From Spirochaetales bacterium (GTDB lineage Bacteria; Spirochaetota; Spirochaetia; JABEVK01), in the NCBI GenBank assembly GCA_037142615.1, contig JBAXAI010000001.1, forward strand, positions 140,432-204,431: a stretch of DNA of 64,000 nt, given 5' to 3'. Positions 1 to 11,114 of the stretch are shown here, one piece after another (position 1 is the stretch's first letter; the number at the start of each line of letters is the position of its first letter). The translations under genes and the position numbers were made by a program. A model generated the notes under the pieces. It saw nothing but the letters and a program-made list of their open reading frames with translations, did not search any database and was not told the origin of the DNA.

Positions 1-1014
<1,014 letters not shown>

Positions 1015-1091
1015 GGCAACACTGTAAAGAAACGTTCCACAGCGGTCAAGGTTCATTGACCGTCAGGGTGTCGCTTGGTATCCTCAGGCCC

Positions 1092-2324
1092 ATGAAGGCC
1101 TTTGCCCCCGCGTTCCTGCTGGCTTTGCTGGTTTCGTGCGCCCCTGCGGTACCCCCGTTGATGCCCAAGCAGTCCTTGTTCAAGCTCGAGTTGGGCACTC
1201 TCGACGATCAGATTGACCTTTTTGCGCGCGCCGGGCTCCCCTCTCCCTTGCGGAACAACTTTTCGTTCTATGATGGCTTGGTGCTGGTGGCCAACGGCAA
1301 TTCCCGCAAGGTCATGGAGTTCTCTTCCTATGGAGACCTCCTGACGCTGTACTACAACCCCGAAACCAACCCAGTTCCTTCCCTGCTGGGGACCTCGGAC
1401 CAAAGCGGAAACCTGGCCTTGAATCCGGTCAAGAACCGACGGGCTTTTCCGTATTCCTTCAATGAGATCGGTACGATCGGATTGAGCTCGACCAACCAGC
1501 TCTACGTCGAAGACAAGGTACCGGTGGAGCGTCGCGTGTACGATCCGGGACAAAGCGTCGTGTGGGAAAGCCGAATCCTCCGGTTCAGCAAGGACGGTCA
1601 ATTTCTCGATTTTCTGGGGCAGGAAGGCATCGGGGGCACACCTTTTCCGGCCGTTGAACGCCTGACCATCACGTTGAACGGCGATATCGTCGTGCTCAGC
1701 CGCACCGGCAAGGGCTGGAGTCTGTGGTGGTTCAACAACCTCGGTGCGCCAACCGGTCACCTTGAGGTCGATCGCACCCACCTGCCCGTTCCTGATTCCC
1801 CCGGGGTCACCCTGTTGCCTCAATTGGAGACGCTCTACGCGGACTGGAAACGCCAGGAGGTCCAGCTGAAGATTGACTATTTTCAGGAGACTTTGGACTC
1901 AACCACCAAGACTCCCTCCGGAATCCAGGTGCTCCATTCGCTGGTCTGGATTTATGACCTGGCAAAACAGTCCTACATCGGCCAATACGAGATACCCCAA
2001 CTCAAGCGCGAGCGGGCCAAAGGTGCCGCCGAGGACCCCTTGGGCGACCGTCCCTACCAGTTCCTGGGCCTGAATGACGCCGGCTCGGCGTTCTTCCTGT
2101 CGAGTCCAGAAAGCCAGAGTCAACGGTTTCTCGTTCTTAGCCGTACCGGCGATGTTCAGCTCGAACGGAACATCCAGTTGGCTGGTTCCGACATCTTGTT
2201 TGCCCAGTACGCCGTATCCCCCCAAGGAATTCTGACGGGTTTTCTCAGTGACGGGACGAGCGCCGAGATCGCTTGGTGGCGAAGTGACAAATTGCTGGGG
2301 AGCTATGTACAGACTGGTTTCTGA
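1092..2324 (+). CDS. Hypothetical lipoprotein
   Basis: The ATG at 1092 gives MKAFAPAFLLALLVSC, a signal peptide plus LVSC lipobox. It is a 410-aa ORF with no recognisable catalytic motif. Confidence 0.5.
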   Translation: MKAFAPAFLLALLVSCAPAVPPLMPKQSLFKLELGTLDDQIDLFARAGLPSPLRNNFSFYDGLVLVANGNSRKVMEFSSYGDLLTLYYNPETNPVPSLLGTSDQSGNLALNPVKNRRAFPYSFNEIGTIGLSSTNQLYVEDKVPVERRVYDPGQSVVWESRILRFSKDGQFLDFLGQEGIGGTPFPAVERLTITLNGDIVVLSRTGKGWSLWWFNNLGAPTGHLEVDRTHLPVPDSPGVTLLPQLETLYADWKRQEVQLKIDYFQETLDSTTKTPSGIQVLHSLVWIYDLAKQSYIGQYEIPQLKRERAKGAAEDPLGDRPYQFLGLNDAGSAFFLSSPESQSQRFLVLSRTGDVQLERNIQLAGSDILFAQYAVSPQGILTGFLSDGTSAEIAWWRSDKLLGSYVQTGF

Positions 2325-3786
2325 GGCCCAGCAACTGGCTGCCGACCGCGAAGCGGAAGTCCGCTTTGGCTTTCCATCGCTGTTGCTGATGGAGCAGGCA
2401 GCGGCGGCCCTGTTTGCCGAGTTGGCGGGCTGGACCAAGCGGCGGGGCATCACGGGCCCCTGGGTTATTCTGGCTGGAAAGGGCAATAACGGCGGCGATG
2501 GCTGGGCACTGGCTCGGTACGCGTTTCTTGCCGGCCAAGCCGTACAGGTCGTCCAATGGGAACCGCCGACCGCGACCAATGCGGTGAGCATGGCCGACAT
2601 TGCTGGTCGTCTGGGAATCCCCGTGTGCTCCTGGGGCACCCCGGAAGCGTTGGCCCTTGTCACGCATGCTGGGGTTCGCATTGATGCTTTGTGGGGTGCT
2701 GGGTTCCGGGGACCCTGGCGTCAGGAGGATCGCTCCCGGATGGCTGAACTGCTGAGCCTTTGTAACCTTTACCCCGCGCCCGCTGTGGCCGTCGATCTCC
2801 CCAGCGGCCTCTGGTCTGGTCACCGACAGGACGACCCGGTGCTTCCTGCCGAGCTCACCTTGGCACTCGGGTGGCCCAAGCTGACCTGCTTTCTGCCGGG
2901 ACTGCGATCGTGGTGCGGTACCATAAAGTCGCTGGCGCTGGGCTATCCGGCCGACGCCAAAGCGGTCGCCCAGGGGCTGGAGGTTGGCGACTTTACCACG
3001 TTGGTGCCCCGAATGCCGTCCGGTTCTCACAAGGGCACCCGTGGCGCTGTGGCCTTGGCAGGCGGCGCGCCCGGCATGAGTGGAGCTCTGCTCCTCGCCG
3101 CACGGAGCGCTGCAGCAGGCGGGGCCGGCGTCGTGAGCCTGTACACCGACGACGAACTGGTTCCCACTTTGGCCCTGGCGGAGGCTTCGTTTCAGGTCAG
3201 GCCGACTTCGAGAGTTACGTTGGCGAAAGCTAAGGCCTGGGTGGCAGGTCCGGGCTGGGGCAGGGCCCCTGAGCGCGCCAAGCAGCTCGAAACGATCCTG
3301 GGCTTGTCCTGTCCGACCGTGATCGATGCCGATGGACTGGTCGCCTGGAAAGTTCTCGTGGAGCAGGGCTTTCGTCACGGGGGGCAGCCGCTGGTGCTGA
3401 CTCCGCACCCCGGCGAGTGGGCCCGCCTGGTAGGGAGTGACGAGCGCAGCCTCGAGCTGGCACAAAGGCTGGCCGGCGACTGGAACTGTATCCTTGTGCT
3501 CAAGGATTCGGCCACTTGGCTCGTAAGTGCCGATCAACTTGCGGTGTGGGACGGTCAGGAACCCGGACTCGGAACCGGCGGAAGCGGGGATTGCCTGGCC
3601 GGCCTGATCGGTGCCTACCTGGCCCGCGGACTTCCGGCTTGGCAAGCGGCTGCGGCGGGGGTAATTGCTCACGGATGTGTTGGCAGCCGACTCGCTCGCA
3701 GTTCGGGTTGGTTCACAGCAAGCGACCTTCCCGGGGCCCTGGCCCGCTTCGAAAACGAACAACGTCAAAACGGAAACAAGGGGTAA
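2305..3786 (+). CDS. nnr: Bifunctional NAD(P)H-hydrate epimerase / ADP-dependent NAD(P)H-hydrate dehydratase (YjeF_N + YjeF_C)
   Basis: AGKGNNGGDGWALAR is the YjeF-N motif. The C-terminal HKGTRGAVALAGGAPGMSGALLLAARSA belongs to the carbohydrate-kinase-like YjeF-C domain. The start at ATG 2305 overlaps the upstream stop by 20 bp. Confidence 0.8.
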   Translation: MYRLVSEAQQLAADREAEVRFGFPSLLLMEQAAAALFAELAGWTKRRGITGPWVILAGKGNNGGDGWALARYAFLAGQAVQVVQWEPPTATNAVSMADIAGRLGIPVCSWGTPEALALVTHAGVRIDALWGAGFRGPWRQEDRSRMAELLSLCNLYPAPAVAVDLPSGLWSGHRQDDPVLPAELTLALGWPKLTCFLPGLRSWCGTIKSLALGYPADAKAVAQGLEVGDFTTLVPRMPSGSHKGTRGAVALAGGAPGMSGALLLAARSAAAGGAGVVSLYTDDELVPTLALAEASFQVRPTSRVTLAKAKAWVAGPGWGRAPERAKQLETILGLSCPTVIDADGLVAWKVLVEQGFRHGGQPLVLTPHPGEWARLVGSDERSLELAQRLAGDWNCILVLKDSATWLVSADQLAVWDGQEPGLGTGGSGDCLAGLIGAYLARGLPAWQAAAAGVIAHGCVGSRLARSSGWFTASDLPGALARFENEQRQNGNKG

Positions 3787-3789
3787 CGC

Positions 3790-4236
3790 ATGGTTCAAGT
3801 CTATTTGCTGCTCGTGGTTCTCAACGCGGTTTCGGGACTGGTTCTCGCTCGAGCCGGGCTCAAAGTGGCGCTTCCCGTCTGGGACGGTGTCTTCGCCGCC
3901 TTCGAGTCCAAGGTTGTCCGGGGAATCCTCGGCGCAGGGACTTTCCTCACGGGGTTCGTTGGTCTGATCTTTGTCCTTCCGGGTGATCAGCTTTTCGTCG
4001 GGGATTTATTTCCGTCGGTGAGCGCCCTGCTCGCGGGAACCACGCTCATGCTTGACTTCTATGCCCCTTCCGAACGCTCCGCAATAGAACCGAATCCTGA
4101 CGAATCGGGCAACGCCGAACCGACACGACCAAGGCCAATAGACGATCTGCTGGTCAAAAACCGCGTACTGGTCGGGTTCGTGGCCCTCACGTTCGCTCTC
4201 GTGCATTTCTTGGTTCCCGGGATCATCCTTCTGTGA
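3790..4236 (+). CDS. Hypothetical small integral membrane protein
   Basis: The 148-aa ORF has 3-4 hydrophobic segments and is tightly packed between nnr and the NUDIX gene. Confidence 0.4.
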   Translation: MVQVYLLLVVLNAVSGLVLARAGLKVALPVWDGVFAAFESKVVRGILGAGTFLTGFVGLIFVLPGDQLFVGDLFPSVSALLAGTTLMLDFYAPSERSAIEPNPDESGNAEPTRPRPIDDLLVKNRVLVGFVALTFALVHFLVPGIILL

Positions 4237-4622
4237 GTTCACGGGTTTCGGTGTGCGGCTTGGCCCAGAAAAATGGAGCTTTCCTCATCGTTCAACGCCA
4301 GGCGGGAGGAAGTCAGGGCCTCAAGTGGGAGTTTCCCGGGGGCAAGGTCGAACCCGGCGAGTCCCCTCAAGAGGCTTTGGCCCGCGAATGGAACGAAGAA
4401 TTGGGGCTGACCGTCACTGTCGGTGCATTGCACCACAAAACCACCTTCTCCAACGGCCCCAAGGACTACGAATTGCAGGCGTGGGAGGTTGAACTCGGGC
4501 CCGGGTCGCTGGAACTCCGCGACCATCTTCAAGCCACCTGGGTTCCTGTGTCGGAATTGCTGTCCTACGATCTTTCGGACTCCGACCGCAAGATCGCGCA
4601 ATTTCTTGTCGCATCGGATTGA
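4233..4622 (+). CDS. NUDIX hydrolase (MutT-like)
   Basis: The Nudix box is [23 protein letters not shown]. The GTG start overlaps the upstream stop (GTGA). Confidence 0.7.
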   Translation: MSSRVSVCGLAQKNGAFLIVQRQAGGSQGLKWEFPGGKVEPGESPQEALAREWNEELGLTVTVGALHHKTTFSNGPKDYELQAWEVELGPGSLELRDHLQATWVPVSELLSYDLSDSDRKIAQFLVASD

Positions 4623-4672
4623 ACCAATACATTGAGGCGGGTAAACTGAGCCCGAAACAAAAGGAGATTTCC

Positions 4673-5419
4673 ATGTATAAACTTGTGCTGATCCGTCATG
4701 GCGAAAGCGAATGGAACGTCAAGAACCTGTTTACCGGTTGGGTCGACGTCGATCTGGCCGCGAGTGGCATGCAGGAAGCCCTTGAGGCTGGCGAGGTGCT
4801 CAAGAGCGAAGGCTTCACCTTCGACCTCGGCTACAGTTCGATGCTGCGCAGGGCCAACAAGACCCTCAACACGGTGCTCGACAAGCTGGATCTGCTCTGG
4901 ATTCCGGTGAAGAAGACCTGGCGCCTGAACGAGCGCCACTACGGTGCGCTTCAGGGCCTGGACAAAGCCGAAACTCTCGAAAAGTACGGCGATGAGAAGT
5001 TCAAGCAGTGGCGCCGAAGCTATGATGTCCCGCCGCCGCCACTCCCTGCCGGCAGCAAGATGGCTCCCGCCCTGGATCCCCGCTATGGCAATGTCGCGCC
5101 CGAGGAACTTCCCGCCACCGAGTGCCTCAAGGACTGCGTCGCACGGGTGCTGCCGTATTGGTTCGTTGAAATCGTTCCCCAGCTTCTGGAAGGCCGGAAA
5201 ATCATCATCGGCGCCCACGGCAACTCGTTGCGCGCCTTGCTCAAACATCTCAAGGGCATCAGCGAGAAAGACATCGCCGAACTCAACATTCCCACGGCGA
5301 TCCCGCTGGTCATCGAGCTCGATAAAGACCTGAAGTACATTCGAGACTACTACGTTGGTGACCAGGCCAAGATTCAGGCCAAGATTGCTGGAGTTGCCGC
5401 CCAGGGCCAAAAGAAGTAG
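4673..5419 (+). CDS. gpmA: 2,3-bisphosphoglycerate-dependent phosphoglycerate mutase
   Basis: The [12 protein letters not shown] histidine-phosphatase motif and a C-terminal [10 protein letters not shown] are present. AAGGAG lies 6 nt upstream of ATG 4673. Confidence 0.9.
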   Translation: MYKLVLIRHGESEWNVKNLFTGWVDVDLAASGMQEALEAGEVLKSEGFTFDLGYSSMLRRANKTLNTVLDKLDLLWIPVKKTWRLNERHYGALQGLDKAETLEKYGDEKFKQWRRSYDVPPPPLPAGSKMAPALDPRYGNVAPEELPATECLKDCVARVLPYWFVEIVPQLLEGRKIIIGAHGNSLRALLKHLKGISEKDIAELNIPTAIPLVIELDKDLKYIRDYYVGDQAKIQAKIAGVAAQGQKK

Positions 5420-6026
5420 ACCACGGCACGGTTTGGGATTACCACCCGGTTCGGGTGTACCCTTTGCGGCGACTGCTGCACTGGCGACCAGACCGTGTTC
5501 CTCGGGCCTGACGATTGGGCCCTCCTCGCGAAGTTCCAGCAATTTGAGGGTCTGACGGCCCTCAAGGACGAAGGGCTTGTGCGGCTCGCGAGTTTTTTCG
5601 TGGGCGCCACCGAGAGCGTCTTGAGGCCCGCGATTGCCTTCCGAACCTGGTACTGGAAGGGCCCTCATCACCAGTGTCCGTTCTTGGTGAACGATTTGAC
5701 CCAGGGGTCGCTTCGTGGTCTGTGCTCCCTGCATCCCCAGTTCAAGCCTTTGGTTTGCCGCCTTTCCCCGTTAAGCCGAACAGTCGAAGGACCGCCGGGT
5801 ACGGCCCTGGAAACGTGGTCCCTCGTTGCTCCCGTGGAAGGGTGTCCCGGCATGGGTCGCGGCGAGGTTCTCGAGCCAGTCAGGCCACCCGCGTTTTCCG
5901 TCGCGCTTGACCGCGAGGCGAAATGGGTGCTTCAATTAGTCGGCGACAGAGAGCAGTTGCAATCGGAAGATTCGGCTTGGAATTACTACTTGCACTCTGC
6001 GCCAGCTTTCGATCGCTGAGGTTATT

Positions 6027-7373
6027 ATGAAAAGTTTCCCTGCCACCGCCACAGCGTGGCTTCTCGCTTTGCTGGTTCTGGTGTCCTGCCAAACGACGCC
6101 ACAATCGACTGCAGGTCCGACTGGTCCTTCCAATTTTGAGAAAGGGAGCGGCGTGTTCGGTGGCAAGCGTATTTCAGCCTATTACAGCAGTTCCAACGTC
6201 TACAAGAAAGACTATCAGGTGGCCGACATTCCGGCCGCCAACCTGACCCACATTTTCTACGCGTTCATGAAGATTGACCCAGCGACCAAGACCATCGCCT
6301 TGTACGACGAGAATGCCGACATCGTGAAGAAGACCGGAAACGAGCCTGCCGGCCTGGGCTACCGGGGGAGTTTTGCCCAACTGTACCTGCTCAAACAGAA
6401 GAACCCCCAATTGCACCTCATTGCTTCGGTCGGCGGTGGCACACAGTCCGACCAGTTTTCGGACATGGCGGCCTCGGCAAAGACGCGAAAGGCATTCGCC
6501 GACTCCGTTGTCGTATTTCTCAAGAAGTACAGCTTCGACGGTGTGGATCTGGACTGGGAGTTTCCGGTAGAGGGCGGGGGCGCTAACGTCGTCCATAGCC
6601 CCAAGGACAAGGCCAACCTCACGCTGCTGCTTTCGGCATTGCGCACCGCTCTTGATGCCTCTTCGAAGGCCGACTCCCGCACTCCCTACGAGCTTGGTTT
6701 GACCGTTTCGCCCAACCCGGCCTACGGCAAGAACCTCGAAATAGGCGCTATCGCCAAGTTGGTAGATTTCCTGAACTTGATGACGTACGACTACCACGGA
6801 GCTTGGGACGACACAACCAACCACTTGGCTCCGCTCTACGCCGACCCCGAGTCTCCCGAATATCGCTGGCCCTCTGGACGCAAACTCAACGTCGACGGAG
6901 CCGTCCAGTACTATCTTGAGAACGGAGTTCCGGCGGCAAAGCTCAACGTCGGCATCCCGATGTACGGTGTAGCTTGGCAGGTGCCTGCGGCTTCGCCCAA
7001 AGGCCTTTTTGTCAAGGAAGCCGCCGGCGCCCAAATCGACAAGTCGGTGAAGACCGGAATTGTTGACTACGCCTCGGTTCAACAACTCGTCGCCAAGGGT
7101 TTGCATCCGTTTTGGGACGAAGCCTCACACGCTTCCTACCTATGGGACAAGGACTCCGGCCTGTTCGTCAGCTATGACGACAACCGGTCTACGCTCGACA
7201 AGCTGGACTACGTGATCGAACGAAAACTGGGCGGGGTGATGTTCTGGGAACTTTCCCAAGACCGTGGCGGTGACTTGCTGAACCTGACGGCCTGGTCGCT
7301 GAAGCGCCAGGTGCTCAAGGCGTTGGGGCCGGACGTGAACCCGGCCCCCACCGTCACGACCCCAAAACCCTAA
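6027..7373 (+). CDS. Glycoside hydrolase family 18 (chitinase-like) lipoprotein
   Basis: The signal peptide carries an LVSC lipobox. The GH18 catalytic motif is DGVDLDWEFP (DxxDxDxE). Confidence 0.8.
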   Translation: MKSFPATATAWLLALLVLVSCQTTPQSTAGPTGPSNFEKGSGVFGGKRISAYYSSSNVYKKDYQVADIPAANLTHIFYAFMKIDPATKTIALYDENADIVKKTGNEPAGLGYRGSFAQLYLLKQKNPQLHLIASVGGGTQSDQFSDMAASAKTRKAFADSVVVFLKKYSFDGVDLDWEFPVEGGGANVVHSPKDKANLTLLLSALRTALDASSKADSRTPYELGLTVSPNPAYGKNLEIGAIAKLVDFLNLMTYDYHGAWDDTTNHLAPLYADPESPEYRWPSGRKLNVDGAVQYYLENGVPAAKLNVGIPMYGVAWQVPAASPKGLFVKEAAGAQIDKSVKTGIVDYASVQQLVAKGLHPFWDEASHASYLWDKDSGLFVSYDDNRSTLDKLDYVIERKLGGVMFWELSQDRGGDLLNLTAWSLKRQVLKALGPDVNPAPTVTTPKP

Positions 7374-7385
7374 TCTTGCAGGCTC

Positions 7386-8969
7386 CTAGACCCCGAGTAG
7401 CTGGGCAAACGCCTTCAGCGCGGGGTCCATGTTGCCCTTCGACAGCACGGCCTTCGTCAGCACCTTGCCCAACTGCACGCCTTCCTGATCAAACGAGTTG
7501 ATGTTCCACAAAAGGCCCTGGAACATGACCTTATTCTCAAAGTGGGCCAAGAGCGCCCCGAGAGTCTCCGGGGTCAGTCGGTCGGCCAAGAGCAGGCTCG
7601 AAGGTCGGTTTCCGGCGAAGTTTTTGTTGGGTTCGGCGGCGTTCGGCGAGCCCTTGGCAAAGGCCACAATCTGAGCGGCAAGGTTGGCTTTGAGCTTAAC
7701 CTGGCTCGTCGAACCTTCGCTGACAACATCGCTTGCGGCCTGCGAATCCCGGAAGGCAATGAACTGGAGCGGCACGCGGTCCGTGCCTTGGTGGAGTTCT
7801 TGGTAAAAGCTGTGCTGTCCGTTGGTTCCCGGTTCGCCGAACAGTACGGGCCCCGTGGCGTACTTGACGGGCAGATTGGCCCTGTTGACACTCTTGCCGT
7901 TGGATTCCATGTCAAGCTGTTGCAGGTGGGCTGGAAAACGGCTCAGGGCCTGCGAGTAGGGCAGAACCGCAGTGTAGGGCATCTTGAGTGCGTTGCGTTC
8001 CCAAACACCGATCAGTGCGTCGAGCAAGGCCGCGTTCTTGCGGAAATCGGGTTCCAGCGCAGCCTTGTCGGCTTCATGGGCGCCGGCCAGAAACCTGGCA
8101 AACACGTCAGCCCCCAAAGCCAGCGTCAGGATGGCCCCGCCTACCGCCGAGGTAGAAGAATACCTGCCGCCGATGAAGTCATCGATGTAGAAGCTGGCAA
8201 GGTATTTCGGGTTCCTTGCCAAGGGACTGGTTTCACTGGTCACGGCAATCATATGCTTGTCGCCGTCGAGGCCGGCCTTCTTGAGCGTTTCGCGAACGAA
8301 GTTCTCATTGGCCAGAGTCTCCTGCGTGGTACCCGACTTGGAGACCAGAATGAAGAGAGTACTCTCGAGCCTTACCGAGGCCAGCACGGCCGCCGCATCA
8401 TCAGGATCGACGTTGGAGATGAAGTGGGCTTTCATGGCGAGGGACTTCTTTTCTTGGAGCACCCACTGTTCCAGGGCGAGCACCATGGCCCTGGGGCCAA
8501 GGTCCGAGCCCCCAATGCCTACCTGCACGACCGTGTCGAAACGTTTGCCGGTGCTGCCCTTGAGGCTTCCTGCATGAACACGGGCCGCAAAGGCAGCGAT
8601 CTTTCTGGTCTGTTCGGCGTAGAACTTACCGATGTCCTTGCGGTTCAGCCGGACTGTCTTCCCCAAAACTCCCCGCGTCAAATGGTGAAGCACCATTCTG
8701 TTTTCGCCCGGATTCATCCAGGCGCCATCGAAGAGGGCTTGATACTTTCCCAGTACCTGCTGTTCTTCGGCGAGTTGCCCCAAGAGTGCCAAAGCGGAAT
8801 CGTCCACGGCCTTGGCGGCATAGTTGTACACCCAACCAGCCGCACCGGCGACTTGGTAGCGCTTGACCCGCTCGGCGGTCAGCAAAGATTCCAGCGAAGG
8901 AACCTGGGAACCTTTGAGCAGAACTTTGCCTGCCTTCGTTTTGTCTAGATTCCGATAACTCAGTCTCAT
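7386..8969 (-). CDS. pgi: Glucose-6-phosphate isomerase
   Basis: PGI signatures GIGGSDLGP, QQLDMESNGKS and GEPGTNGQHSFYQELHQG are all present. Confidence 0.9.
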   Translation of the reverse strand: MRLSYRNLDKTKAGKVLLKGSQVPSLESLLTAERVKRYQVAGAAGWVYNYAAKAVDDSALALLGQLAEEQQVLGKYQALFDGAWMNPGENRMVLHHLTRGVLGKTVRLNRKDIGKFYAEQTRKIAAFAARVHAGSLKGSTGKRFDTVVQVGIGGSDLGPRAMVLALEQWVLQEKKSLAMKAHFISNVDPDDAAAVLASVRLESTLFILVSKSGTTQETLANENFVRETLKKAGLDGDKHMIAVTSETSPLARNPKYLASFYIDDFIGGRYSSTSAVGGAILTLALGADVFARFLAGAHEADKAALEPDFRKNAALLDALIGVWERNALKMPYTAVLPYSQALSRFPAHLQQLDMESNGKSVNRANLPVKYATGPVLFGEPGTNGQHSFYQELHQGTDRVPLQFIAFRDSQAASDVVSEGSTSQVKLKANLAAQIVAFAKGSPNAAEPNKNFAGNRPSSLLLADRLTPETLGALLAHFENKVMFQGLLWNINSFDQEGVQLGKVLTKAVLSKGNMDPALKAFAQLLGV

Positions 8970-8981
8970 GGGACACTCCTT

Positions 8982-9323
8982 TCAATGGATCAGTGACAAT
9001 CCCTTCTCCAGGAATTGCCGGACTTCTTCTTTTGTCTTGCGACGCTCGTTCACCAGACGGTAAACCTCGCGGCCAGCGTGGAACAGGATGAAGCTGGGGA
9101 TACCCGTCACTTCCTGTTCCTGGGCGACCGCTGGCAGTTCATCGATGTCCACCTGGAGGAAAGTGACCTTTCCTGAAAACTGGGTCTCCAACTCGGGTAG
9201 ACTCGGCTTCAGATAGTGGCAATCCCCGCACCAAGAGGCCGTAAAACTCACCAACAGCGGCGTGTCGGAGGCCATGGCGCGCGACAGATCCTGGGCGGAG
9301 GCAACGCTATTCATGTGTTCCAT
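8982..9323 (-). CDS. Thioredoxin-family protein (WCGDC active site)
   Basis: FTASWCGDCHYLKP fits the thioredoxin fold. It sits upstream of pgi on the same strand. Confidence 0.75.
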   Translation of the reverse strand: MEHMNSVASAQDLSRAMASDTPLLVSFTASWCGDCHYLKPSLPELETQFSGKVTFLQVDIDELPAVAQEQEVTGIPSFILFHAGREVYRLVNERRKTKEEVRQFLEKGLSLIH

Positions 9324-9414
9324 TGTCTGACATTTTGCCTGTTTGGCAAGGGCGGAGGCCGGGTATTTTGATTTTTGGACGCGATTGGGTTACTGTGGAG
9401 GCTGGGGTGATACC

Positions 9415-11112
9415 ATGGCACGAGCGGCGAAACAGACCTTCCCTTCCTCCGAGAAACGGCATGTCATCCTCCGCACCGGCGAGATCCTCGGTTTGGTTGT
9501 ATCCCACGGGTTCGGCTACCTCTTGGCAAAGCCCGAACGTCGACGCGGTGAAGCGAAACTGCGCGGCAAGAAAGGTACTTCCGGGGTCCTGGCCCTCCCT
9601 CCCAGTCGCTGGGTGCGTATCCGTCTGCTACTGGAAGCTCTTGGTCCGACCTTTATCAAGATGGGCCAGATGTTCTCCAACCGCCCCGATCTGCTCCCCG
9701 AGGAGCTTCTGATCGAACTGAGGAAACTCCAGGACGGGGTTCCAGGTTTTGCCTTTGCGCAGGTGAAGCAAATGCTCGAGTCCGACTACGGTCAGGCCCT
9801 CGATGCGATGTTCCTCCGGTTTGAAGAGGTCCCCCTGGCCAGTGCCAGCATCGCCCAGGTGCATACCGCAGTCCTCAGCTCGGGGCAGCGTGTGGCCGTC
9901 AAGGTTCTCCGGCCAGGCATCGAGAGCCAGGTCGCCACAGACCTCGAGATTCTGTCGCGGATCGGCCTTTGGTTCGAAAAGATCATCCTGCGCTCCGACG
10001 TCATCGATACTCAGGGCATCCTTCGCGAGTTTACCCGGACGATGGAACGCGAAATGGACTTCCAGAACGAAGCGCTCTACCTCGAGAAGTTTGCCGCGAA
10101 CTTTCGCGGGGACCCGGATGTGCTGGTTCCCAAGGTCTACCGGTCCCACAGCGCCAAACGCGTGCTCGTCATGGACTTCATCGACGGCTTGCACCCCCTC
10201 GACTGGGATGGCTACCGCCAGCACGGACTTGACCGCAGGAACATCGCCCGCAAAGGAGCCCAAGCGCTCCTCAAGCAGGTGTTCGTGCACGGGTTCTTCC
10301 ACGCCGACCCTCATACCGGCAATCTGCTGATTCTGCCCGATGGCCGCATCTGTTTCCTGGACTTCGGCATGATGGGCATCATTTTCGAGCGTTACCGAAT
10401 CGCGCTGGCCCACATGCTGCTGGCTGTCGCACAAACGGATGCCCCCGCGCTGACGGCGGCGCTTCTGAGCTTGTCGACCAACCCGGATCCTGGCGACAGT
10501 ACCGCCCTTGAAGAAGATGTCTTCGTTCTTCTGGAAACGTTTTCGCACGTGCCGCTGGCCAAACTCGATCTGACCGCCTTTCTCGAAAAGACTGTCACCA
10601 TCATCCTCCAGCACCGGCTTTCCATGCCCCCTTCGTTGTACCTTCTGCTCAAGGCCCTGCTCACCATCGAGGGTTTTGGACGGCAGCTCGATCCGGATTT
10701 CGACCTGGTTTCAGAAGTGGAACCCTTTGTCAGGGAAGTATTTGCCAAGAAGCTCGACCTGGGCAAGGCAGGCGGTAGGAGCGCGGAGTCGGCCCTTGAC
10801 TACCTGTCGCTGGCGGCCGACCTCCCGGGCGAGTTGCGTCAGGCGTTGACTCAACTCAAGCGGGGTAGACTCAAACTCGAGATCGACAAGGAAACGCTGG
10901 ACCCTATTCTCCACAAGGCCGACAAGATTTCCAACAGACTCGCCTTTGCGCTCATTGTGACCGGGGGTGTCATGGCGTCGGCGACAGCGTTGCAGTCGAA
11001 GATTCCGCCGTTGTGGAACGACATCCCCATCATTGCCATCATCGGATTCACCGGAAGCTTCGTGCTGGGCTTTGCCCTGGCGATTTCCATCTGGCGCTCA
11101 GGGAGGTTCTAG
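9415..11112 (+). CDS. ubiB: ABC1/UbiB-family atypical kinase with C-terminal TM anchor
   Basis: ASASIAQVHTAVLSSGQRVAVKVLRPGI matches the ABC1 kinase core, and there is a C-terminal hydrophobic segment. The ATG at 9415 is chosen over the ORF-track start at 9343. Confidence 0.8.
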   Translation: MARAAKQTFPSSEKRHVILRTGEILGLVVSHGFGYLLAKPERRRGEAKLRGKKGTSGVLALPPSRWVRIRLLLEALGPTFIKMGQMFSNRPDLLPEELLIELRKLQDGVPGFAFAQVKQMLESDYGQALDAMFLRFEEVPLASASIAQVHTAVLSSGQRVAVKVLRPGIESQVATDLEILSRIGLWFEKIILRSDVIDTQGILREFTRTMEREMDFQNEALYLEKFAANFRGDPDVLVPKVYRSHSAKRVLVMDFIDGLHPLDWDGYRQHGLDRRNIARKGAQALLKQVFVHGFFHADPHTGNLLILPDGRICFLDFGMMGIIFERYRIALAHMLLAVAQTDAPALTAALLSLSTNPDPGDSTALEEDVFVLLETFSHVPLAKLDLTAFLEKTVTIILQHRLSMPPSLYLLLKALLTIEGFGRQLDPDFDLVSEVEPFVREVFAKKLDLGKAGGRSAESALDYLSLAADLPGELRQALTQLKRGRLKLEIDKETLDPILHKADKISNRLAFALIVTGGVMASATALQSKIPPLWNDIPIIAIIGFTGSFVLGFALAISIWRSGRF

Positions 11113-11114
11113 CT

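Noticed and set aside
4565-5734. 389-aa minus-strand ORF
   Set aside because: It is antisense to gpmA, whose histidine-phosphatase motifs are clear on the + strand.
5495-6019. 174-aa + ORF in the gpmA-chitinase spacer as a protein-coding gene
   Set aside because: It has no SD or start context and odd Pro/Cys/Trp-rich composition with no motif. The region is treated as an unexplained spacer or ncRNA candidate instead.
5420-6026. RNase P RNA, tmRNA or SRP RNA in the spacer
   Set aside because: I compared by eye against conserved cores: GGAAAGUCCGGGCU / ACAGAACCCGGCUUA for RNase P, the T-arm and tag region for tmRNA, and GGAAGGAAGCAGCC for SRP. Only partial, unconvincing similarity was found, for example GACTGTTCGGCTTAA on the minus strand. 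This needs Infernal to decide.
7542-8948. 468-aa + ORF
   Set aside because: It is antisense to pgi, which carries the QQLDMESNGK and GIGGSDLGP signatures.
9628-10614. 328-aa minus ORF
   Set aside because: It is antisense to the ubiB kinase core.
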